Made by a program: the position numbers and the translations under genes. Positions 21,595 through 31,145 of a DNA stretch of 64,000 nt are shown here, piece after piece. Positions within the stretch are counted from its first letter, which is position 1, and each line of letters starts with the position of its first letter. A model generated the notes under the pieces. That model was not told the DNA's origin. It did not search any database and saw only the letters and a list, made by a program, of their open reading frames with translations. The DNA comes from an uncultured Alphaproteobacteria bacterium (GTDB lineage: Bacteria; Pseudomonadota; Alphaproteobacteria; RF32; CAG-239), in assembly GCA_944393235.1 (NCBI GenBank), contig CALXZJ010000005.1:214-64213 (forward strand), written 5' to 3'.

Positions 21595-21882
21595 ATGGCT
21601 AGAAAATGTGATATCTCCGGCGTTGGCGTCATGAGCGGTAATAATGTCAGCCATGCTAACAACCATACACGCCGTCGCTTTTTGCCGAATCTGCATGTCG
21701 TTTCTTTGTTGAGCGAAACTTTAGGTAAGGTTTTTAAGTTGAAAGTTTGCAGCAAAACTTTACGCTCTATTGAACACAATGGCGGTTTGGATGCTTATTT
21801 GGAAACAACTTCCAATTCTAAACTGACGGAAGAGGCAAAAAAAATTAAAAAATCTATTGCTAAGAAAAAAGCAGCAAAATAG
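21595..21882 (+). CDS. rpmB: 50S ribosomal protein L28
   Basis: MARKCDISGVGVMSGNNVSHANNHTRRRFLPNL aligns with L28. AAAGGA RBS. No rpmG follows. Confidence 0.85.
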   Translation: MARKCDISGVGVMSGNNVSHANNHTRRRFLPNLHVVSLLSETLGKVFKLKVCSKTLRSIEHNGGLDAYLETTSNSKLTEEAKKIKKSIAKKKAAK

Positions 21883-21906
21883 TTGTTTCTAATGAAAAAA
21901 TCTTAA

Positions 21907-21938
21907 GAAACCTCTACCTTTTGGGTGGAGGTTTTTTG
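21907..21938 (+). terminator. rpmB rho-independent terminator
   Basis: Hairpin aaacctctacc-ttttgg-gtggaggttt followed by T6. Confidence 0.6.
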
Positions 21939-21975
21939 TGCTTGAAATGCTTTATTTTATGAATCTAAAAAATAT

Positions 21976-22004
21976 TTGACATATTTGTCAAAATACGGTA
22001 TAGT
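21976..22004 (+). promoter_or_regulatory. Near-consensus sigma70 promoter
   Basis: TTGACA (21976-81), 17-bp spacer, TATAGT (21999-22004). Drives the small membrane-protein gene starting at 22030. Confidence 0.5.
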
Positions 22005-22029
22005 GGCTTTTAGAATAAAATTATTTAGT

Positions 22030-22254
22030 ATGGAAAAATTTGCAAAAAACGTTATTGCCATTGTAGGCAGTATTATTTTAGTGGGCATTTTTACGTTTGT
22101 TTGGGTTAATCTCCCAGCGGAAATGTCTTTTGCTGATAAATTGTTTATGACCGTTATTCATACGGTGATGATAATTGTCGGAGGGATATTCTTCATAAAG
22201 CTTATAAGCGATATGGGGAAAATGTATAAAGAAATAAAATCCATGGAAGATTAA
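22030..22254 (+). CDS. Small two-TM membrane protein (74 aa)
   Basis: Start MEKFAKNV lies downstream of the consensus promoter. The six-frame ORF begins earlier, inside the promoter. Confidence 0.45.
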   Translation: MEKFAKNVIAIVGSIILVGIFTFVWVNLPAEMSFADKLFMTVIHTVMIIVGGIFFIKLISDMGKMYKEIKSMED

Positions 22255-22325
22255 AACCCATGGAAAAAATAAAAAATGAGCGCCCTTATCGGCGCTCATT
22301 TTTTATTTTGTAAACTTTAAGCTGA

Positions 22326-23405
22326 TTATAACTCACCAACATAAATGCCTAAATCATGTGCAGCCAAGACATAATCGCTGTTTGCGTCCAGATGAGATGT
22401 GCCGCAGGCAACCACCTGCTCCAGCGGATAGGATTCAAATTTGCCGTTGGAGAACCCTACCATCACGCCGGTATGACCATTTGCCAGTAATTCGACTGCT
22501 TTGGCAGCAAAAACTGAGGCTAAAATGCGGTCAAAGGCTGTCGGGTTGCCGGAACGTTGGACGTGTCCTAAACGGGTGACACGAGTTTGAAAACCTTGAT
22601 ATTTGGCGTTTAAAGCATGGCTTAAATATTCGCCAATACCGCCGTTGATTTTTTCGCCAATTAAATTTTTGGCACCGCTGACCTGTTCGCCGGTTTCGGT
22701 TTTTACACCTTCAGAAACAACAATAACCGCATGACGGCGACCACTCTTTTTAACATTTTCCAGTTTAGTAATAATACCGTCTATTGTATAAGGAATTTCA
22801 GGCACCAGACAAATGTCAGCAAAACCAGCCAGGGCAGATTGAATCGCCAAATGGCCGGCATCACGTCCCATAACTTCTAAAATTAAGGCGCGGTGATGTG
22901 AGCGAGCGGTTGTTTCCATACTGTCCAAAGCATCGGTGCAAACTTGACAAGCCGTGTTAAAACCTACTGAAAACTGAGTTAAAGGTGTGTCGTTGTCAAT
23001 GGTTTTGGGAATACCGATCATTTTAACACCGGCATTTTTGCAATAATTGCTGACAATGTTCATGCTGCCGTCGCCGCCAACGACAACAACGGCATCAAGC
23101 CCAAGTTCTTTGACACCTTCGCCAAAACGACGAGACATCTCGGCTTGAGAATCCATCTTGACGCCTTTGTTTAAAGAACCGAGATAAGAGCCGGAAATGC
23201 GCGGCCAAGGTGTGTCGGAGAAATTTTTAGGAGTGAGAATTTCATAAGAAAGCGGACGCTCGGTTAAACCGTCGGTGCCGTCATGAATGCCATAAACTTC
23301 CCAACCGCGACGGTTGGCAGCTTTTACAACAGACGAGATAACGGCATTGAGACCGGCACAGTCGCCGCCACTGGTTAAAATGCCAATTTTTTTAATTTCA
23401 TTCAT
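22326..23405 (-). CDS. 6-phosphofructokinase (ATP- or PPi-dependent; the two cannot be told apart by eye)
   Basis: GILTSGGDCAGLNA and GGDGS motifs. Start taken at MNEIKK, which has a GGAG RBS. Confidence 0.8.
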   Translation of the reverse strand: MNEIKKIGILTSGGDCAGLNAVISSVVKAANRRGWEVYGIHDGTDGLTERPLSYEILTPKNFSDTPWPRISGSYLGSLNKGVKMDSQAEMSRRFGEGVKELGLDAVVVVGGDGSMNIVSNYCKNAGVKMIGIPKTIDNDTPLTQFSVGFNTACQVCTDALDSMETTARSHHRALILEVMGRDAGHLAIQSALAGFADICLVPEIPYTIDGIITKLENVKKSGRRHAVIVVSEGVKTETGEQVSGAKNLIGEKINGGIGEYLSHALNAKYQGFQTRVTRLGHVQRSGNPTAFDRILASVFAAKAVELLANGHTGVMVGFSNGKFESYPLEQVVACGTSHLDANSDYVLAAHDLGIYVGEL

Positions 23406-23562
23406 CTTAAAATTCTCCATTCTTACTATAAAATGTTGGTATTTATTTTGTAGTTGATTTTTGTTCAATATTGTAGTATCATTTCTTACAAATTTTAGAA
23501 AAATATTTCCAGTAAAAAATACAATATGTGCTAAACTTTTTTATAAAAGGACGATAAAACGT

Positions 23563-23775
23563 ATGTTACGTAATGATAATTTTGGCAAATTGCAGCAACA
23601 ACTTTGTGAATTGAAGCTTGAAGAACGCCGCGTTAGTTCGGATATTCGACAGTTGGTGCGAGCTAACCGGACGATTGATTTTTATCAGGCTCAGCAGCTT
23701 AATAAAATGCGTACCGGGTTGAAAAATAAAATTCAAAAGGTGGAAGCCAGCATTATGCCGAATATTATTGCTTAA
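23563..23775 (+). CDS. Small hypothetical coiled-coil protein (70 aa)
   Basis: AAAGGA RBS before MLRNDNFG. Confidence 0.3.
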   Translation: MLRNDNFGKLQQQLCELKLEERRVSSDIRQLVRANRTIDFYQAQQLNKMRTGLKNKIQKVEASIMPNIIA

Positions 23776-23892
23776 ACTTATGTAAAATGTTTAGGCAGAT
23801 GAGTTTTTTGCTTGCTTTTTACGAATCGTTATGTTAGATAAGCAATCAAATTGTTTTAACTTATCAGATAAAATAGAAGAGAGGTGATTTAA

Positions 23893-24099
23893 GTGGTTCA
23901 GGTTACTGTTATCGGTAACGATGTTGCTCAGTCTTTGAAAGTCTTGAAAAAGAAAATGCAGCGCGAAGGCATTTTCCGTGAGATGAAATTGCGCCGTTGC
24001 CATGAAAAAAATTCTGAAAAGAAAGCACGTCGCCAGGCTGAGGCTATCCGCCGTGCCAGAAAGCAACTGCGTAAACGCTTAGATACCGAAGGTTTCTAA
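23893..24099 (+). CDS. rpsU: 30S ribosomal protein S21
   Basis: 68 aa. Basic C-terminus [18 protein letters not shown] and [17 protein letters not shown] align with S21. GTG start after a GAGGTGA RBS. Confidence 0.75.
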   Translation: MVQVTVIGNDVAQSLKVLKKKMQREGIFREMKLRRCHEKNSEKKARRQAEAIRRARKQLRKRLDTEGF

Positions 24100-24111
24100 A
24101 TTTGTTCAAAT

Positions 24112-24145
24112 TAAAATGCCCCGGAAAAAACGGGGCATTTTTGTA
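24112..24145. terminator. Bidirectional terminator between rpsU and pilin paralog 2
   Basis: Hairpin atgccccg-gaaaaaa-cggggcat followed by a T-run. Confidence 0.6.
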
Positions 24146-24155
24146 ACTTTCCGAA

Positions 24156-24767
24156 TTAACCTGTGGTAAAATTAACTGTTTGTACAAATTCGGTAGAGGA
24201 ACCGCTGCGGTATAATTCATAAGCTTCTTCACATATGGTATAAAAATCTTTGGTTGAATACTTTGACAGGCATTTGCTGTTTTTAGAACATCGTTTATCG
24301 GAAACAAGCGTTATGTGATAGCCACCAAAAATGGTAGTGTCTGAAAAAACCGACAAGGCAGCATAATTTTTCATAATTTCAAATATGTTAACACAACTGG
24401 TTATTGAGGCAATATCTATGTGTTCGCCGGCTTTTTGAGAGGTGTAATGAATATAATATTGCAGTTTGCTAAAACGCTCAATCCAATTTCCCATGGCATC
24501 GTTCCATTTGTTCTCTATCAACCCGGCCGGAACCAAATTCATTTTTTCCAAAACTTTAGAAATATGCATGCCGTCAGAAGAAGAAAAATTATTTTCAGAT
24601 AAAACAGAAACAGTTGCTGCAAATAATTGAGAATATTGCTCAGCCTGTTTATTGAGTTTATACTTCGTCATTGCTTTGGAATATCCCGAAATCGCGCCAA
24701 CGGAAAGCACACCAATAATTGCTAAAACGCCCAACATCTCAACCATAGATCGACCATTTTCACGCAT
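24156..24767 (-). CDS. Type IV pilin-like protein (paralog 2)
   Basis: 5-aa leader MRENG, then G|RSMVEMLGVLAIIGVLSVGAISGYSKAM with Glu+5. C-terminal Cys pair. GGAGAA RBS before MRENG. Confidence 0.65.
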   Translation of the reverse strand: MRENGRSMVEMLGVLAIIGVLSVGAISGYSKAMTKYKLNKQAEQYSQLFAATVSVLSENNFSSSDGMHISKVLEKMNLVPAGLIENKWNDAMGNWIERFSKLQYYIHYTSQKAGEHIDIASITSCVNIFEIMKNYAALSVFSDTTIFGGYHITLVSDKRCSKNSKCLSKYSTKDFYTICEEAYELYRSGSSTEFVQTVNFTTG

Positions 24768-24826
24768 AATATTTTCTCCAAATTGCAAAAAACACCTGTT
24801 TACGCGGTATTCTAAACCGTTTTTTT

Positions 24827-25060
24827 TTTTTGCAATTTTAAAGAGTCCGGTGGGGATAACTTACAACCGGCATTTTATCGTCATGCCACTGCCGAGCATT
24901 GCGCGGCAGTTTAGGCATCTCTTCTCATACGTGCGATAGACGCCTAACCTCGAGTGCTAAAGCACTCTCAGGGCGTGACAGAGAGGGGGATTGCGCGGTG
25001 GTGGCGTGGTGGAAAAGAGAAACCGTGCGGTGGTGGTGAAGCGGTATGAAGACGAATCGG
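24827..25060. repeat. Intergenic repeat element, copy 1 (about 230-250 bp)
   Basis: Shares with 44033-44300 the segments ttttgcRattttaaagagtccggtggggataac, ggcatctcttcYcatacRtgc, agacgcctaacctcgagtgctaaagcactctcagggcgtgac (nested hairpin) and GGTGGTG-rich tracts. Confidence 0.55.
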
Positions 25061-25350
25061 ATTCCTTAAAACAATATAGCCAAATGTTTTATTTAAAACA
25101 GATATGCTTATTTTAAGTTGTTATATTTTTGAAATATTTATGTCGAATCAATGTTTTGAGCTTAACCGGTTGATATATATTGAATCTTTTTTTGTTAATG
25201 AATTTATCCACTTTTAAAGAATTTTTTTTGTGCCTATTTTTAAAGGGATAGACTGTTTGAAAGATTTATTAACTATTTTATTCTTGTGACTCTAAAGTTA
25301 TTTTTGCAAGATGCTTTTTAGAAAATGATACTCCAATAAAAATTATGTGC

Positions 25351-25397
25351 ATACTATATATAGTTTCTTTACAAAATTTTAATACTATATATAGTAT
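25351..25397 (+). promoter_or_regulatory. Tandem NrdR boxes upstream of nrdD
   Basis: Two identical palindromes ACTATATATAGT (25353-64 and 25384-95), centres 31 bp apart. Matches the NrdR-box consensus and spacing. Confidence 0.6.
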
Positions 25398-25463
25398 ACA
25401 ACTAAGCAACTTAATGCGGTAAATAAAAAATATGGTCTAAAACAAACTTTTAAGGAAAAACTT

Positions 25464-27527
25464 ATGTCCGAACAAAAATACGAAATGCCGACAATGAATA
25501 ACGATAATACGGTCGTTACGCAAGTCACTAAAAGAGACGGAACATTAGCCCCGTTTGACAGCAGCAAGATTTATAACGCGATTTTGAAAGCCGGTACATC
25601 TACCAAAGAATTCGGTGAACAAGAATCGTGGTTACTGACGGCTAAGGTTTTAAAAGTTATTGAACACAAGTTTAGCGAATCGCTGCCGTCGATTGAACAG
25701 ATTCAAGATATTGTTGAGCAGGTGCTGATTTCAGATAACTATTTTCAGACAGCTAAGGCTTATATTTTATATCGCGACCAACGTAACCGTATGCGTTCGG
25801 ATAAAAAAGTTATGGTTGATGTGGAAAGCTCTATCAACGAATATCTGGAAAAACTGGACTGGCGTGTTAATGCCAATGCAAACCAAGGATATTCCAACGG
25901 CGGTTTGATCTTAAACGTTTCCGGTAAAGTGACGGCAAACTATTGGTTGAGCCATGTTTATCCGGCAGAAGTCGGTGAGGCACACCGCAATGGCGATATT
26001 CATATTCATGATTTGGATATGTTGGCGGCATATTGTGCCGGATGGTCGCTGAAAAACTTGTTGCATGAAGGTTTCAACGGCGTACCCGGAAAAGCTGAGG
26101 CCGGTCCGGCCAAGCACTTGTCGGCGGCGGTCGGGCAGATGGTCAACTTTATGGGCACGCTGCAAAACGAATGGGCCGGTGCGCAGGCTTTTTCATCAGT
26201 TGATACTTATTTGGCGCCGTATATCCGCAAAGACAATCTTTCCTATCGTCAGGTGGAACAGAGCATTCAGGAGCTGGTTTATAACTTGAATGTTCCATCG
26301 CGCTGGGGTTCGCAAACGCCGTTTACCAACTTTACTTTTGACTGGGTTTGTCCGGAAGATTTGCGCAACACGCATCCGATTATTGCCGGCGAGGAGCAGC
26401 CTTTCACTTATGGTGATTTGAAAGAAGAAATGGCCATGATTAACAAGGCATACATCACGGTGATGATGAAAGGCGATATTAAAGGACGTCCGTTTACGTT
26501 CCCGATTCCGACTTATAATATGACGCCTGATTTTCCGTGGGAAGAAGAAAACACCGAACTGTTGTTTGAAATGACAGCAAAATACGGTATGCCTTATTTT
26601 CAAAACTTTATCAATTCGGTTTTGAAACCGGGACAGATTCGTTCCATGTGCTGCCGTCTGCAGCTTGATTTGCGCCAACTTCTGGCCAAAGGCAACGGCT
26701 TGTTCGGTTCAGCCGAGCAAACAGGTTCGGTCGGCGTTGTTACGTTTAACTGCGCCCGTTTGGGATATGTTTATAAAGGCGATGAAGCCGGTTTGTTCGG
26801 ACGGGTTGACGAGTTGTTGAACATTGCGCGCACTTCGCTTGAAATCAAACGCAAGGTTATTCAACGTTTGATTGACAACGGCTTGTTCCCGTACACCAAG
26901 CGTTATCTCGGCACATTGCGCAATCACTTTTCTACCATTGGCGTTAACGGTATCAATGAGATGATTCGCAACTACACCAATGATGAACACGATATTTCCG
27001 ACGAGTGGGGACAGGCGTTTGCCGAAAAATTCTTGGATTATATCCGCGACAAGATGGTTAAAATTCAAGAAGAAACCGGGCATATGTATAATCTGGAAGC
27101 CACACCGGCAGAAAGTGCGACATATCGTTTTGCGCGTGAAGATAAAAAGAGATTTAAAGATATTATTCAAGCCGGAACCAAAGAAGATCCGTATTACACC
27201 AATTCTTCCCAACTTCCGGTCGGGTTCACCGATGACCCGTTTGAAGCGCTGGATTTGCAGTCTACTCTGCAAACCAAATATACAGGCGGCACGGTTTTGC
27301 ACTTGTATATGAATCAGCGGATTTCATCGGCTAAGGTCTGCCGTGATTTGGTTAAAAGAGTTTTGACCAATTATCGGTTGCCTTATATCACGATTACCCC
27401 AACATTTTCCATTTGCCCGAAGCACGGTTATTTGTCAGGGGAACACAAATTCTGCCCAATCTGCGATGAAGAGAAGAAAGCAGAAAAATTAAAAGCCTTG
27501 CAACAGGCGAACCAGAACGTAGCGTAA
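25464..27527 (+). CDS. nrdD: Anaerobic ribonucleoside-triphosphate reductase (class III) large subunit, lacking the C-terminal glycyl-radical motif
   Basis: 687 aa with an ATP-cone N-terminus and NrdD core. C-terminus has a partial Zn-ribbon (CPKHG...CPIC) but no RVxGY. AAGGAAAAA RBS. Confidence 0.85.
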   Translation: MSEQKYEMPTMNNDNTVVTQVTKRDGTLAPFDSSKIYNAILKAGTSTKEFGEQESWLLTAKVLKVIEHKFSESLPSIEQIQDIVEQVLISDNYFQTAKAYILYRDQRNRMRSDKKVMVDVESSINEYLEKLDWRVNANANQGYSNGGLILNVSGKVTANYWLSHVYPAEVGEAHRNGDIHIHDLDMLAAYCAGWSLKNLLHEGFNGVPGKAEAGPAKHLSAAVGQMVNFMGTLQNEWAGAQAFSSVDTYLAPYIRKDNLSYRQVEQSIQELVYNLNVPSRWGSQTPFTNFTFDWVCPEDLRNTHPIIAGEEQPFTYGDLKEEMAMINKAYITVMMKGDIKGRPFTFPIPTYNMTPDFPWEEENTELLFEMTAKYGMPYFQNFINSVLKPGQIRSMCCRLQLDLRQLLAKGNGLFGSAEQTGSVGVVTFNCARLGYVYKGDEAGLFGRVDELLNIARTSLEIKRKVIQRLIDNGLFPYTKRYLGTLRNHFSTIGVNGINEMIRNYTNDEHDISDEWGQAFAEKFLDYIRDKMVKIQEETGHMYNLEATPAESATYRFAREDKKRFKDIIQAGTKEDPYYTNSSQLPVGFTDDPFEALDLQSTLQTKYTGGTVLHLYMNQRISSAKVCRDLVKRVLTNYRLPYITITPTFSICPKHGYLSGEHKFCPICDEEKKAEKLKALQQANQNVA

Positions 27528-27557
27528 AAAAATTATTCATAGATAAGGAGATACAAA

Positions 27558-27764
27558 ATGACCAACGTAATCAATATTGAAGATGTTAAATTAGCCGACA
27601 GCGAAAGACAACCTTGCGAAATCTGGACACGGGTTATGGGTTATCATCGTCCGGTTTCTGAATTCAACAAGGGCAAAAAATCGGAATATTATTCACGTGT
27701 TTGCTTTTGTGAAGAAAAAGCTGTTCGTCATTTGAACGAAGAATTGGCTTTGGCTGCCGAATAA
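27558..27764 (+). CDS. Small glycyl-radical-motif protein (68 aa), probably the detached NrdD C-terminal domain
   Basis: Own AAGGAG RBS. Contains TRVMGYHRP (RVxGY glycyl-radical motif) and further Cys residues. Lies between nrdD and nrdG. Confidence 0.6.
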   Translation: MTNVINIEDVKLADSERQPCEIWTRVMGYHRPVSEFNKGKKSEYYSRVCFCEEKAVRHLNEELALAAE

Positions 27765-27848
27765 AGATTGTTTTATGAGGCTTAAAGCCGCCGCAAAGTC
27801 CCGAAAATGTGGAAAGCGGCGGCTTTTTTTAAACGAAAGATTTAAGAA

Positions 27849-28565
27849 GTGAATACAGAAGAAATTGTTATCGGCGATGTTGAGAAATTCAGTATCGTAG
27901 ATTATCCGGAACATATGGCGGCAGTGGTTTTTATGCAGGGTTGCCCATGGCGCTGTCCGTTTTGTTACAACACGTCGCTGCAAAAAATAGGGGCTGAACC
28001 GGAGAGTGATTGGACGTTTTCCAAACTGATGAATTTGCTGGAGAGGCGCAAAGGCGTGTTGGATGCGGTGGTGTTTTCCGGCGGTGAGCCGTTGGTTCAG
28101 GGCGAGGCGTTGGAAAGCGCCATAGATGTGGTTAAGGCTTTGGGTTATAAAGTCGGGTTGCATACCGGCGGTTATCGGCCGGAAATTTTAGAACGAATCG
28201 TTGAGAAAATCGACTGGGTCGGTTTGGATATTAAAGCACCGTTTGAGGTCGAAAAATATAAAATGGCGACCGGTGGTTATACTTTGGTAGAAAATGTTAA
28301 AAAGAGCCTTGAAATTTTGGCGGCAAGCGGTAAGCATTTTGAGTGTCGGACAACCTGCGATCCGCGGATTTTGACGATTGAAGATATTTATAAAATCGCC
28401 GAATCTTTGAAAGAGGCGGGCGTGCAAGAATATTATCTGCAAAAGTACCGTCCGATACCGACCGATAAAACCACAACCGATGAGCAATGTTTGGCGTTGG
28501 TGGAAAATCAGGCGTTAGTGATGTATTTACAGAAGACTTTTCCGAAATTTGAGGTTAGAAAGTAA
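27849..28565 (+). CDS. nrdG: Anaerobic RNR activating protein (radical SAM)
   Basis: CPWRCPFCYN radical-SAM cluster motif. 238 aa with a GTG start. Confidence 0.85.
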   Translation: MNTEEIVIGDVEKFSIVDYPEHMAAVVFMQGCPWRCPFCYNTSLQKIGAEPESDWTFSKLMNLLERRKGVLDAVVFSGGEPLVQGEALESAIDVVKALGYKVGLHTGGYRPEILERIVEKIDWVGLDIKAPFEVEKYKMATGGYTLVENVKKSLEILAASGKHFECRTTCDPRILTIEDIYKIAESLKEAGVQEYYLQKYRPIPTDKTTTDEQCLALVENQALVMYLQKTFPKFEVRK

Positions 28566-28587
28566 AAACAAAATATATTTTTAATAT

Positions 28588-28622
28588 AAAAACCCTGAAA
28601 TTAAAGATTTCAGGGTTTTTAC
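28588..28622. terminator. Bidirectional terminator between nrdG and pnp
   Basis: Hairpin aaaaccctgaaat-taaag-atttcagggtttt followed by T. Confidence 0.6.
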
Positions 28623-28638
28623 AGATTATAACATCAGA

Positions 28639-30756
28639 TTATTCGCGGTCTTCGCCGGTTTCCTGGTTGACACGTTTGGCGGAAAGTTTCCACTTGCCGC
28701 GGTTGTCAACGCCCAAGCATTTGACCCACATGGTGTCGCCTTCTTTATAAAAATCAGAAACGGAGGCAATGCGCTCATCTTTGATTTCAGAAATATGCAC
28801 CAAACCTTCGGTGGCGCCGACAAAGCGGACAAAGGCACCAAAATCAGTGATTTTGGTGATAACGCCTTTATAAATCACACCTGGTTCAGGTTCGGCGACA
28901 ATGCCTTGAATAATGCTCATGGCAGCTTCGCCGTCAGCGGTGTTGACGGAAGCAATTTGCACCACGCCGTCATCCGAGATATCAATTTTAGTGTTGGTTT
29001 TTTCAATGATTTCCCGAATAACTTTACCGCCCGTGCCGATGACTTCGCGAATCTTGTCCACCGGAATTTTCATAGAGATAATCCGCGGTGCTAACGGCGA
29101 AACATTCGGACGCGGCTCGGCAATGGCTTTTGCCATTTCGCCCAAGATGTGGATACGGCCTTCGTGCGCTTGAGCTAAAGCGGTTTGCATAATCTCTTTG
29201 GTGATGGAGGTGATTTTGATATCCATCTGCAAAGCGGTAACACCGTCTTTGGTGCCGGCAACTTTGAAGTCCATGTCGCCCAAGTGGTCTTCGTCGCCTA
29301 AAATATCGGTCAAAACCGCCACTCTGCCGTCGGCTTCTTTGATTAAGCCCATAGCAATGCCGGCAACCGGTTTTTTGAGAGGAACACCAGCGGCTTCCAA
29401 CGATAAGGTTGTGCCACAAACGGTGGCCATGGAAGACGAACCGTTGGATTCCATAATATCGGAAACCACGCGCACCGAATAAGGGAATTTTTCTTTGTCT
29501 TTGGGCATCATCGGGTGAATAGCTCTCCACGCCAGTTTGCCGTGGCCGATTTCACGACGTCCGGGAGAACCCAGACGACCGCATTCGCCAACCGAAAACG
29601 GCGGGAAGTTATAATAAAGCATAAAATCTTGCTTATATTCAGCCATCAATCCGTCCACAATCTGGGCGTCGTCCTCGGTACCTAAGGTGGTAACAACCAA
29701 AGCCTGTGTTTCACCGCGGGTGAACAAAGCCGAACCGTGCGTGGTGGGCAGGACATCAACTTCGCAGCTAATCGGGCGGACGGTCTTGGTGTCGCGTCCG
29801 TCAATACGGCGGCCGGTTGATAAAACTTTTTCACGCATAGTTTTGTGCATGATGTGTTCAATAACATCACCAATGTAACGAACTTCAATTTCGTTTTCCG
29901 GATCAATCGTGGCTTTGACTTCTTCAGCCAACTGACCCAAAATCGTGCCGCGGGTTAATTTATCAACCTCATTGAAAGCTTCTCCGTATTTTTTGCCGAA
30001 GTCTTTTTCAATTCGGGCGCACAATTCGTCAAATTCGGGTGGGAATTTCGGTTCTTCCCAAGCCGGTTTGCCGGCTTGTTTCTTTAACTCGTTAATCATG
30101 TTAATGACCGGTTGGAAGTTTTCAAAGCCAAACATTACTGCACCGAGCATTGTTTCTTCGGAAAGCTCGTTGGCTTCGGATTCAACCATTAAAACGCCTT
30201 CTGATGTTCCGGCGACGGTCAATTCCAAATCAGATGTCTTTTGTTCTTCCAAGGTCGGGTTTAAGATGTAGGCACCGTTTTTGTAACCGATTTTAGCAGC
30301 GCCGATAGGGCCTAAAAACGGAATGCCGGAAACAGCCAATGCGGCAGATGCGGCAACCATAGCGACTATATCGGAATCGTTTTTCTGGTCGTGTGACAAG
30401 GTGGTGCAAACAATTTGTACTTCGTTTTTGAAGGCGTCCGGAAACAGCGGGCGAATCGGCCGGTCAATCAGACGGGATATTAAGACCTCGCGTTCGGAAG
30501 GTTTGCCTTCACGTTTCATAAAACCGCCGGGGATTTTGCCGGTGGCATAATATTTTTCCTGATAGTTAACGGTTAAAGGGAAGAAATCCTGATCGTCTTT
30601 GACTTCTTTGGCGGCAACAACGGTGGCAACAACAACAGTATCTCCATAAGTTGCCATAACGGCGCCGGTTGCCTGACGGGCAATTTTGCCTGTTTCTAAT
30701 GTTAATTTACGGCCACCCCAGTCTATTTCTTGGCGGCATGTTTTAAAATCGATCAT
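28639..30756 (-). CDS. pnp: Polyribonucleotide nucleotidyltransferase (PNPase)
   Basis: 705 aa with two RNase PH domains plus KH and S1 domains. Classic rpsO-pnp arrangement. Confidence 0.95.
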   Translation of the reverse strand: MIDFKTCRQEIDWGGRKLTLETGKIARQATGAVMATYGDTVVVATVVAAKEVKDDQDFFPLTVNYQEKYYATGKIPGGFMKREGKPSEREVLISRLIDRPIRPLFPDAFKNEVQIVCTTLSHDQKNDSDIVAMVAASAALAVSGIPFLGPIGAAKIGYKNGAYILNPTLEEQKTSDLELTVAGTSEGVLMVESEANELSEETMLGAVMFGFENFQPVINMINELKKQAGKPAWEEPKFPPEFDELCARIEKDFGKKYGEAFNEVDKLTRGTILGQLAEEVKATIDPENEIEVRYIGDVIEHIMHKTMREKVLSTGRRIDGRDTKTVRPISCEVDVLPTTHGSALFTRGETQALVVTTLGTEDDAQIVDGLMAEYKQDFMLYYNFPPFSVGECGRLGSPGRREIGHGKLAWRAIHPMMPKDKEKFPYSVRVVSDIMESNGSSSMATVCGTTLSLEAAGVPLKKPVAGIAMGLIKEADGRVAVLTDILGDEDHLGDMDFKVAGTKDGVTALQMDIKITSITKEIMQTALAQAHEGRIHILGEMAKAIAEPRPNVSPLAPRIISMKIPVDKIREVIGTGGKVIREIIEKTNTKIDISDDGVVQIASVNTADGEAAMSIIQGIVAEPEPGVIYKGVITKITDFGAFVRFVGATEGLVHISEIKDERIASVSDFYKEGDTMWVKCLGVDNRGKWKLSAKRVNQETGEDRE

Positions 30757-30859
30757 ATTTTCTACCTTTCTCTTTTCCTATAAACCTCACCTGACAAAAT
30801 GTCAGGATTTTATAAAACTGCGGAGCCCCATGCCCCGCAGTTTTTTAATCTGTCTGTTA

Positions 30860-31129
30860 TTACTTACGCAGATCCAGTTTTTTAATGATTGCCTGATAAC
30901 GGTCTTCGCTCTTGGATTTCAAGTGATCCAAAAGGTGACGCCGGCGGCTGACCATTTTCATCAACCCCAAGCGGGAATGCAAATCTTTTTTATGAACATT
31001 GAAGTGTTCAATCAAAGAATTGATGCGGTATGTCCAAATGGCAATCTGGACTTCCGGTGAACCGGTATCATTCGGTTTTGTGCCGTATTTGGCAACAATT
31101 TCTTGCTTTTGTTCGTTTGTAATCGACAT
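30860..31129 (-). CDS. rpsO: 30S ribosomal protein S15
   Basis: [16 protein letters not shown]...[11 protein letters not shown]. Stem-loops between rpsO and pnp are consistent with the known terminator and RNase III-processed leader. Confidence 0.9.
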   Translation of the reverse strand: MSITNEQKQEIVAKYGTKPNDTGSPEVQIAIWTYRINSLIEHFNVHKKDLHSRLGLMKMVSRRRHLLDHLKSKSEDRYQAIIKKLDLRK

Positions 31130-31145
31130 CTTAAAATTTCCTTTT

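Noticed and set aside
26709-27302. 197-aa ORF antisense to nrdD
   Set aside because: Shadow ORF inside nrdD.
29024-29530. 168-aa Arg/His-rich ORF antisense to pnp
   Set aside because: Shadow ORF with a compositionally biased translation inside pnp.
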